DNA of 64,000 nt, taken from the NCBI GenBank assembly GCA_022605425.2, contig CM061246.1, forward strand, positions 1,736,001 through 1,800,000. Reading direction: 5' to 3'. The position numbers were made by a program, and so were the translations under genes. The stretch is from Hamiltosporidium tvaerminnensis FI-OER-3-3. Its lineage: Eukaryota; Fungi; Microsporidia. Below the pieces are notes generated by a model. That model saw only the letters and a program-made list of their open reading frames with translations. It had not been told where the DNA came from and made no database searches. Positions 55,272 to 64,000 of the stretch are shown piece by piece (within the stretch, counting starts at the first letter, position 1; every line of letters starts with the position of its first letter).

Positions 55272-55447
55272 TTATTAAAATAAATTTAATAATTTATCAG
55301 AATATATAAGACATAGAAATATTATAAGTTGTAGTTTATTCATTTATTAATAAATTTAATAATTTATCAGAATATATAAGACATAGAAATATTATAAGTT
55401 ATTAAAATAAATTTAATAATTTATCAGAATATATAAGACATAGAAAT
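55272..55447. repeat. three copies of a ~47-bp unit
   Basis: taaatttaataatttatcagaatatataagacatagaaat occurs three times with variable spacers. Confidence 0.85.
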
Positions 55448-55681
55448 CACATTAACTCTTGTTAATGTACAATTATAATATTTATTTATATAAACTTTTA
55501 AATTAAATGATGATTTATTTAAGAAAAAGAAATTTAATTTAATTAATAAAATAAAAAATAAATAAAAAAATTTATTTCTTACTGACTTATTACAATAATC
55601 GTTATTTGTTTGATTTATTTGATATTGTTTTTAAATTACATTTGATTATAATTTGTAGTTATTATAGATATTTTAGCTTTT

Positions 55682-58600
55682 TTAGAGTTTCTGATCAAAT
55701 AAAAATAATTCTTCTTCATCATATAATTCTAATTGAGAAAGAATAATGTCACTTGAATGTTCAAAATATCCATCGTTGTGTGAAATTATTAGTTTTGGTT
55801 TTTTTGTAGGTTGAATGTTTAATTCTTTGATTTTAGTTTTATCAGAATTTGGATGTAAATTTGAATTAATTTTTTTTGATTCAGATATCGGATTTAAATT
55901 ATCTTCCGTAATACTTTTTTCAGATTTAAATGTTTTTTCTGGTTTTTGATTGAGGAAAGGTTCGTTTCTAATAGGTATATGAAGTTCTATTGGTATATGA
56001 GGTTCTATAGATATATGTGTTTCTATTGGTATATGAGGTTCTATAGATATATGTGTTTCTATTGGTATATGAGGTTCTATAGATATATGTGTTTCTATTG
56101 GTATATGAGGTTCTATAGATATATGTGTTTCTATAGAATCAAAATTAGAAGCATTTTTAAATGATTCAATTCCTTCAAATGAATTACTTGAATTACACTG
56201 CCGAATAGATTTTGATGGAATATTTTCTTGAAACGCTGAAGAAGAATAATTGTCGTTCAATTCAGTCTGAATTAGGGACTTGGTTGTTAAAAAAACTGTT
56301 TGTTGTTCTTCTAAAAAAATATTTTTTGTGTATGGAAGACACAGAATAGTTTTTGGTGCTACAATAGTCTCAGTTTTATTTTTGTGATTTTCTAATTCAA
56401 TAATATTTTTCTTATAAAATTGAAATAATTGTAGTTCTCGTATAAAATAAAATTTTTCTTCTTTTAAACCATCAGATTCCCGTTTGAAAGAACAAATTTC
56501 CATTGAATTTTTGTCCTGATTTTGTAATTTAAAAGACCCAGAATAATCAGATTCTCGTTTGAAAGAACAAAATTCCATTGCATTTTTGTCCTGATTTTGT
56601 AAATTAAAAGACCCAGAATAATCAGATTCTCGTTTGAAAGAACAAATTTCCATTGAATTTTTGTCCTGATTTTGTAAATTAAAAGACCCAGAATAATCAG
56701 ATTCTCGTTTGAAAGAACAAAATTCCATTGCATTTTTGTCCTGAGTTTGTAAATTAAAAGACCCAGAATAATCAGATTCTCGTTTGAAAGAACAAATTTC
56801 CATTGAAATTTTTTCCTGATTTTGTAAATTGTTAAAAGATTCAGTATATTTAATTCCTTCCTCCGAGGTTATAATACTTGAATCCATCCTAGTTTCATTA
56901 ATTTCAATACCTTCTTCAACATTGGATTTTCTACTTTCAAAATATTTCCGAACAAAAAATTCCATTTGAAATAAAAAATTAAAAAAATCTAAAACTTCAC
57001 TTTCGTAATTATACGCCCATCCATTTAAATTTGGATAACTAAAAGTCTTAAAAATTTTTGATTTCAAAATTTTAATATCTGAAAGTTTATAAAATTCAAT
57101 ATAAATTGGTTTATGAATTTCATATTTAAAATTTTGTTGAAAAATATATTTTTCTAAAATTCTATGATTTGGATTGTGAAGTATTACTGATTTACCAGTA
57201 TTTGTACAAATATAAACCTTACAATTTATCTCATCAAAATTATCAGACCAACGGACTTTTTCATGTCTCTTGGCATCGTAATAATCCTCATCACAATTAA
57301 TCCTTGTTTTTCTTTGATTAAATTTTGATTTTGAAGACCGAAGAGATATACTTTCATGTGTTTTATTATAATTATTTCTAGAATAAAAACCAAAATTATC
57401 ATTTCTTTGTTTTTCCTCCGAGCAATAATATAATCGCGGAAAAATTTCAATGGTTTTTTCCGAACACCAATTCGTACAACGAATAATTTCATTATAATTT
57501 TTATTGCGAGATGTATTCCTTTTTCTATACTCACCTGTAAATCCTCTCTCAAGAATATTTTTATGTAAATTTTCTAAATTATTTTTTTCATATTTATCTT
57601 CTGATCTTATGCTTTTAATGTTATAATCATCTTCTTTTGAATCGAAATTAAACGGTTTTTTTCTTTTTAATTTTTTTAGACACAAATTAAAATCTTCGGA
57701 TTTTTTTTCAAACATAGAAATTTTTAAATCAGTTCGATGTTCTTTACGGATATTTTCATTTATTCCGAATTCTGTCTCTAAATTCCTTGGATTTATCTCT
57801 TTATTTGAATTTATTTTGAAATCTCTACAAATGGAATCTAAAGCAAGATCCTTTGTCTCTAGATTCCTTGGATTTCTCTCTTCATTCAAATTTCTTTTGA
57901 AATCTCTACAATTGGAATCTAGAGCAACATCCTTTGTCTCTAGATTCCTTGGATTTCTCTCTTTATTTGAATTTCTTTTGAAATCTCTACAATTGGAATC
58001 TAAAGCAAGATCCACTGTGTTTTCTAATCCTAAATTTTTACTTTCCTCTATTTTTTCCGAAACTGACTCAACTTTTCTTTCAATATTTTTGAAATGTAGA
58101 CATTTGATTTTTATTTTAATATTTCTTTTCAACCTCCATTTCTGTTTGAATATAGAATTCTTTGTATTAAGTTTTATTTGAAATTTATTTTCTTTTCTTT
58201 TCATAGAACTCATAAAAATATTTTTTTCAGTTGCTTGTCTAATAAAATATTTTTCAGAAGAAGATGTATTTATTGAACTTTGACTGTTTACAATCGTAAC
58301 AGAATTATTTTTATTATTCTTAGATTTTGTTTTATTTTTTTCTTCGAATCGATAAAAATTCGAATTTTTATCTTCTTCATCAATAAAAGTTGTTTCTAAT
58401 CCATCAACAATATCATTTTCAAATAAATTTTCTTCATATTTAATTAAATATTCTTCGAATTCTGGAATATTTTTTGTGTCTTTTTTATCTTCGATATTAC
58501 AAATACGATTAAAATATTTGCTTTTATAGTTTTCTATATTATCTGTAGATTTATTAAAATGTTTAATACATGTTTGCAATGGATAAGAATTTTGATGAAA

Positions 58601-59350
58601 AAGTAACCAAGAATTCGTTTGTTCATTTTCTGTAAATAAGTTTTCTGATTGCACTGAATCAACAATCAAATCGGTTGGACACGAAGAAGAAAAGGAATCG
58701 TGTACAGAATCAGAAGTATTGACTTCTTTTATTTCATTTAATCTGGAACTTATATTCTCTGTTAAAATATTTGTATTTTTTTCTTTTTCTGTTCCATCAT
58801 TATATAAAAAACAACCGATATTTTCATTTTCATTCAGGAAATTACAGTCAGAATAAAATTCAGAAAATACTTCTTTTAAATATTGCTGATTATGAGGAGT
58901 TATTTGTTTTTTTATTTCTTCCTTTGGAATGCATATATCTGAAATACTGAAAGGTTGAAATATTTTAAATTCTTTGGCAAATTTATAATCAAAATCATAA
59001 ATTAAATCCAATGGTTCACCAATTATAGGAGATTCAGATCCGCAATATCTAAATTCTTTAAGAAAAATATAAGGCTGAGACATATTAGAATCATAACAAT
59101 ATAAATAATCCTCTAAAGTTATAAAACATCCTTTTATTTCCGAATACGGCGTGGCAACTGTCTCTCGAAACCGTTCTAGAGATTCTTTCGATAATACCGC
59201 CAAAACAATATTTGTAGAATCTGAAAGTAATACCTTTAATGTATTGTTTTCGTTGTTTCCAAGTATTTGGATAATTTGCGCGCGCGCTGGATAATGTAAA
59301 GAAAATTGAAATCCATTTTTAATCCAAGGATTTCGTAGAAAATTGGACAT
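55682..59350 (-). CDS. 1222-aa protein with N-terminal TPP1/Est3/Tpz1-type OB fold and repeat-rich C-terminal region
   Basis: NPWI...AQIIQIL...VLLSDSTNIVLAVLSKESLERF...IKGCFITLEDY...IFLKEFRYCGSE...IGEP follows the TPP1/Est3 OB pattern (PWI...LSDG.H.I.A.FT.EA...F...G..I.L..Y...L.V..F...G...G.P). atccctc precedes ATG. Confidence 0.72.
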   Translation of the reverse strand: MSNFLRNPWIKNGFQFSLHYPARAQIIQILGNNENNTLKVLLSDSTNIVLAVLSKESLERFRETVATPYSEIKGCFITLEDYLYCYDSNMSQPYIFLKEFRYCGSESPIIGEPLDLIYDFDYKFAKEFKIFQPFSISDICIPKEEIKKQITPHNQQYLKEVFSEFYSDCNFLNENENIGCFLYNDGTEKEKNTNILTENISSRLNEIKEVNTSDSVHDSFSSSCPTDLIVDSVQSENLFTENEQTNSWLLFHQNSYPLQTCIKHFNKSTDNIENYKSKYFNRICNIEDKKDTKNIPEFEEYLIKYEENLFENDIVDGLETTFIDEEDKNSNFYRFEEKNKTKSKNNKNNSVTIVNSQSSINTSSSEKYFIRQATEKNIFMSSMKRKENKFQIKLNTKNSIFKQKWRLKRNIKIKIKCLHFKNIERKVESVSEKIEESKNLGLENTVDLALDSNCRDFKRNSNKERNPRNLETKDVALDSNCRDFKRNLNEERNPRNLETKDLALDSICRDFKINSNKEINPRNLETEFGINENIRKEHRTDLKISMFEKKSEDFNLCLKKLKRKKPFNFDSKEDDYNIKSIRSEDKYEKNNLENLHKNILERGFTGEYRKRNTSRNKNYNEIIRCTNWCSEKTIEIFPRLYYCSEEKQRNDNFGFYSRNNYNKTHESISLRSSKSKFNQRKTRINCDEDYYDAKRHEKVRWSDNFDEINCKVYICTNTGKSVILHNPNHRILEKYIFQQNFKYEIHKPIYIEFYKLSDIKILKSKIFKTFSYPNLNGWAYNYESEVLDFFNFLFQMEFFVRKYFESRKSNVEEGIEINETRMDSSIITSEEGIKYTESFNNLQNQEKISMEICSFKRESDYSGSFNLQTQDKNAMEFCSFKRESDYSGSFNLQNQDKNSMEICSFKRESDYSGSFNLQNQDKNAMEFCSFKRESDYSGSFKLQNQDKNSMEICSFKRESDGLKEEKFYFIRELQLFQFYKKNIIELENHKNKTETIVAPKTILCLPYTKNIFLEEQQTVFLTTKSLIQTELNDNYSSSAFQENIPSKSIRQCNSSNSFEGIESFKNASNFDSIETHISIEPHIPIETHISIEPHIPIETHISIEPHIPIETHISIEPHIPIELHIPIRNEPFLNQKPEKTFKSEKSITEDNLNPISESKKINSNLHPNSDKTKIKELNIQPTKKPKLIISHNDGYFEHSSDIILSQLELYDEEELFLFDQKL
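55968..56135 (-). repeat. coding 36-bp (12-aa IETHISIEPHIP) tandem repeat, ~4.5 copies
   Basis: Near-perfect copies are visible in DNA and protein. Confidence 0.95.
56471..56830 (-). repeat. coding 75-bp (25-aa) tandem repeat, ~4.8 copies
   Basis: FKRESDYSGSFNLQNQDKN(A/S)ME(F/I)CS; attctcgtttgaaag recurs at 56551, 56626, 56701 and 56776. Confidence 0.95.
57772..58012 (-). repeat. coding 81-bp (27-aa) tandem repeat, 3 copies
   Basis: DLALDSNCRDFKRNSNKERNPRNLETK three times. Confidence 0.95.
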
Positions 59351-60624
59351 GAGGGATATCTAAAAATTATTTTTTTTGTTACTTTTTCATTAAAATTTCA
59401 GTCTTTTAATTCTTGTAAATTTTTAAGAAATTGTAAATATAAAGTTTTTTTAAATACTTTTATTGTTGTTATTATTAATGAATACTGCTTGATTTTATAA
59501 AACCGTTGTTTCTCTTTATTTATAAGAAATATTTTTTTATCTGTCTTAAATTTGTTTATAATCCAATAAATTGTAAAAGAAATATTTATATTTCTTTGCT
59601 TTTTTACATTTCACATTCATTGCTTTTCTTCCTGTAATATCAAAAAAAAATAGAAAATATTATTTTTTTTTAACTCTTCTTTGATCTTTTACTGAACAGT
59701 AACAATTTACAAATCAAAATAAAGTGCTTCGTTTTAATTCTATCTGATAATAATTCATTACATTCTATTCCATATCGTAATATAATCATAAAAAGTAAAT
59801 GTTAAGATATTTCGAAGTTAAAACAGTTTTTATCTAAATAGAACCAAATCATAAATTAAAATCTCACAATTTAATGAAATAACGTTTATAAATAATTAGA
59901 TAAAGAATTATTACCAAAATAGATCTAAAAAAAAGTTAATTCATATCCCTTTCTTTTAATTCTATCTTAATATAATAAAACTATAAAACCAAATTTAAGT
60001 CTAAAAAATACGTTTTTGAATTTATTTTTTTGACTATAATTGTTTTTTGATAAAGATGGAATTTAAATTGATATCTCACAAATATATTTATAACCTTTAT
60101 ATCTAATTGATCTGATTTAATTAAATATTAAATCTCAATCTTTATTGTTAAATTTTATGTTTTTTAAAAAACCCATAATTAAGTACAACTTTATAGATGT
60201 CTTTAATTCACCTACGTAGTGTTTTAATAAGAACCTAAACTCAATTTTATGAGCATTATCACTTCTAAGCATTCAAATTTATTAAAATATTATGGTATTT
60301 TAAAAGACTATTTCTACAAGTAATTTCATTCTCAATAACATATCTAATCATATATGTTTTTTAATTATTTTAATATAAATGATCTATGTTTTTTAAAAGT
60401 ATTTTAAATTAAATAAGTGCCTATCTAAGTTTAAATTTTAGAGGAATACTTTTAACCGGTATAATTTGATTTTATATTCTATATTTAGTTTAATTTCTGA
60501 TATTCCATTTATAGATTATATTTTCTTTATCTATTATTTAACTGAGTAAAAATAAAATTCGTTATTTTAAAATCCATAGACTTAATTAGGCTCAAAAATA
60601 ATTAGATATACAACTCTCACTCAT

Positions 60625-60720
60625 GGTTGAAGGGTGGAAAACTACATAAAAAACAATATGCTTGGTAACTGGGATGTATAATCTGTGTGAAACTAATGAC
60701 CTTTGTTTTGGAGGGATGCA
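60625..60720 (+). repeat. family A diverged 5' fragment
   Basis: gaagggtggaaaactacataaaaaacaatatgcttggtaa resembles ggagggaggataaccacataaaaactttctgcttggcaa. Confidence 0.5.
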
Positions 60721-62369
60721 AACTATACCGTATTCATAGGCCAATCCTCTATGATTACGAGTTACAACCGATCTAAAAAACGAGGGAATTTTAGATGTAT
60801 ATCCTCGACACCGAGAGGTAGAAAAGTAACGGAATAAATAAGTAAGTAATTTATAAAAGGAAGAAATAAGTGATTTTGAACAGATTATTTAGACTTAGAG
60901 ATATGTTTGCTTCTTCATCTTACGCTCTTATAAATACCATGTCTCTGAATTCGATTCTATTCGATCATCTTAAAACACAGAAATCTATAAAATATTGGTT
61001 ATTAGTGTGTTGGAAGCATTTAATCTTACAAGAAGCTTTGGGGATACTTTTGGATTCATATTAAAGATTTCCTTAAAATATACATTTACAGGTACTACAA
61101 ATAAAAACCGCATTTATATTTTGTCATCCTAGTTTTAAATTTATTTTGAAAAATTGAGTTTTGGCATCTCTACTATTGAAGGTAAAAAAATATCTTGTTT
61201 GTAATTCTCAAAAAAATTAGTATTATTTTTTATTTATGAATGAACTCAGGCTTTTCATAAAGAAGTAATATCTTTGAAAAATATTTGAAGCAGGTAAAAT
61301 ATTTTTAGCTACCGTAATCGTTTTATCTTTGTATAAAATTTATAGTCTATTCTGATATTCTTTAAAATTCAATTGCATTTTTGTCATTAATTTCGAGGAA
61401 AACATTTTGATTATAAAATATAATCTCTAATATCTACAAAGGAATTAAACTTAGCGTCTCATATTAAATTTGTATGAATAACGATCAAGATTACTGAACA
61501 GATACAAAAAACGATTCAAATTAACTAAAGCTTTTTTTATTGATTAATTTTCTTTTCTGCACATCACAGGCTTTCAAATATATTCATAATTCTCTAGAAA
61601 TTTGAATCAAAATTTCTATTTTTTGAAAATATAAAACAGTCATAATTGAAGTAATTCATCTTGTAGCGTATCTGGATTCCAGAAAAAAATCAAAAATATT
61701 CTTCTTATGTATATTAGTTCATTTAGTGTATATCTTATATCGCAATAGAACATTTTTGAATGATAGATGACTCTTAATATTCATTATTTTTAACTTCTGA
61801 TCTAAAAACTCTTGATGAAATAATTCAAGAGAAATAGATAGGAAGGCCATCAATTGTTACATATAAATATATATTTAGTTATTCCAGTCTTTAATTAAAC
61901 TCTCTTCAGTTTTAAACCAATAATTGTTCTCCATTAAGGCTAAATCCCAATAGATTTTACCTAATTTAGATAAATATAGCATTTTTTTTGCTAATCTTAC
62001 ACTAATGATTTTTTTGTTAGTCCCAATTTAGAATAAAAAAACGAATTATAAAAAAATTAAATAGAAATTTGATTTTATTTCCCGAAAAGGTATAAAATAT
62101 TTTATACTTTTTTTTCTGTTTGAATAAATATTTAAAACAAGATAAAAAGTTTCAAATATTGTATGAGAATCTAAATTATTATAAAACATCCAGAATTTTT
62201 CGAAGTAAATACAAAATATTTTTTTAGTAAATATGAATTATTAAAGAAATATTAATCGGGACTTCTAGATGTTCTTTAAAAGCCAATTTCCCACCTTTTA
62301 GTAGCTTACCAATATTTTTTTAGCCGCAAAATATCTATTTTTGATTTTTTTTACAAAATATTTTTCAAT

Positions 62370-62612
62370 TTATATCAGAATATATTCTATATCTTTTATA
62401 TCATCACCAGTTATTGAAAGCATTCCTATGTATTTTAAACGTGATTTACACATCAAACATTGTTCATTTTTACATTTTTCTATTAAATCAGTAGAAAATA
62501 ATTCATAACCATTTTCTAAACAAATATTCATAAACTTATCGATTGCAACCAAATCTCCTGTAAAAATCCTATCATTTTTTAGATAAATTTTTATTGTATT
62601 TCCTAATACCAT
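62370..62612 (-). CDS. Sm/LSm-fold protein (SmB- or Naa38/Mak31-like), 80 aa
   Basis: Sm1 motif IKIYLKNDRIFTGDLVAIDKFMNICL...E and Sm2-like IGMLSITGDDIKDI. gcccta-ATG places the start at 62612. Confidence 0.8.
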   Translation of the reverse strand: MVLGNTIKIYLKNDRIFTGDLVAIDKFMNICLENGYELFSTDLIEKCKNEQCLMCKSRLKYIGMLSITGDDIKDIEYILI

Positions 62613-62876
62613 TAGGGCATTCAATTTTATAATTTAATATCATAAAAAATGATAGGATTTTTTTGAAAAATATCTAGATTATCGAATATAAAAATATTCT
62701 TTAAACCAAAAGAATACGTAAATATTGTTTTTATTCTATTATACCTTTTAATTAAATATATTTAATGGCTTCATATTTATCGATTATACATTTGTAGATT
62801 AAGAATATTTAAAACAAGATAATACTACAAAAAAATTGTATTAAAAAAGACTAAATTATATTGATAAAATATTTAG

Positions 62877-63263
62877 TCAACATCGTTTCGTAATTATATC
62901 TTTTAATATATCATCGAATAAATCAATGTCAGACTCTTCATCAGGGACAATACCATCCATCATTTTTAATTCAATTTCAAATTCTTCTAATTTTTTGTAG
63001 ATTTCATCATATTTTTTCAATCTTATATTGGTAATAAGATTATTAAGATTTTTTTTCAATTTGGTTTTTTCGATTTGAGAGACAAATATTTTTAACCTGG
63101 TTATTAATTCTTTATATTTTATAGATTCAGAGGTATAATAATCAACAAGTTCTCTTTGTAGGATTGCTTTTGTATTATTCTTGATTTTTCTTGCGTTTTT
63201 GTTTAATTGTTTTTCCATTTCATTAATTTCTACTTTTAAATCTACTAAATTCATATTTACCAT
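62877..63263 (-). CDS. small coiled-coil protein, possible ESCRT-III (Did2/CHMP1-like) subunit
   Basis: atccctc-ATG at 63263. Basic helical N-terminal half and acidic C-terminal half, with a K.L..RL....SQIE segment. The gene is likely; the family call is tentative. Confidence 0.5.
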   Translation of the reverse strand: MVNMNLVDLKVEINEMEKQLNKNARKIKNNTKAILQRELVDYYTSESIKYKELITRLKIFVSQIEKTKLKKNLNNLITNIRLKKYDEIYKKLEEFEIELKMMDGIVPDEESDIDLFDDILKDIITKRC

Positions 63264-64000
63264 GAGGGATGATGGATTTAAAAATATATTTCTTAAAGAT
63301 AAGTAGTTTTCATATAAATTTATTACAATATATGTAATGAAATTTCCCAATGACTTTTTTTAATACTAGATTTTATTCAGCCATTGAGATAATCGTAAAG
63401 TTGTTAAAAAAACATTTTTATCTTTTTAAAAAGTACATAATAATAAAATAAATATTTTTGATAATTTAGTTATAATTGGATAATTTTTATCTTTCGATTC
63501 TTCCCTACGTTCTTCGATCTCTTCCGATGATTTATTTGACTCTTTTTATATTCTTCGTAAATGCTTTGATTTGGTTCTTCCCTAACATTGAGTTTCGATA
63601 GGTTTTTGAGAAGTTTTTGGCTTATTTTCCCGCGTTAGCATGTACTGAAGGAATTAATATGTGATATTCCATTATTTTTTATATATTACAGCTAAATGTC
63701 ATTTTCCGGCTATACTTAACATTTTATATTGAAATAATATTATTCATCGATTAAAAGAAATAGTTTCAACGGTTTTTTTTAAATATACCTAACTGAAAAA
63801 ATACCTCTTCACATTGGTATTCAGGCTTCTTACATAAATTTAATAATATGTGATTACAATAACAGTCCATTAGAAATATAGATTATCTCTAAACCCAAAA
63901 TATAAGTATAATCCCGTTAATTGGCTATTATGCCTTAATTTTTTGGTTTTGTGTTCAAAATTTGAAACAAATCTTGTGGAGTAATTCTGATCTTAATAAA

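Noticed and set aside
55272-55447. Repeat-spacer pattern resembling CRISPR
   Set aside because: Only three AT-rich units with short or related spacers, in a eukaryotic context with no cas genes. It is an ordinary tandem duplication.

Overview
This is a very AT-rich, gene-sparse, repeat-laden eukaryotic window. It is most likely microsporidian: the genes are compact and intronless, with the CCC-like signal just upstream of almost every credible ATG. A large-genome species such as Hamiltosporidium is an inference only. Recognisable genes are GINS Psf3, tRNA-Leu(AAG), a CDK9/Bur1-type kinase, a compact Pat1, a choline/ethanolamine phosphotransferase, Dph4/Jjj3, a RhoGAP, Tan1/THUMPD1, an Sm/LSm protein and a possible ESCRT-III subunit. 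A 1222-aa protein carries an N-terminal TPP1/Est3-type telomerase-recruitment OB fold. Mobile DNA includes one near full-length decayed R4/Dong-type non-LTR retrotransposon (RT, CCHC finger, restriction-like endonuclease) plus four fragments, an RTE-clade LINE 3' remnant, and three copies of a ~940-bp non-autonomous Helitron-like element. A ~700-740-bp GC-richer non-coding family (family A) has target-site duplications and looks like a structured-RNA retroposon. Several frameshifted genes appear to encode secreted proteins, including a pseudokinase and a protein with a PLDLT motif. The 3.1-kb homopolymer tract (52.1-55.2 kb) is unreliable sequence, but it is flanked by an exact 13-bp direct repeat and begins like the R4/Dong ORF, so it probably masks a real insertion. 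All family calls come from motif recognition by eye; no searches were run.
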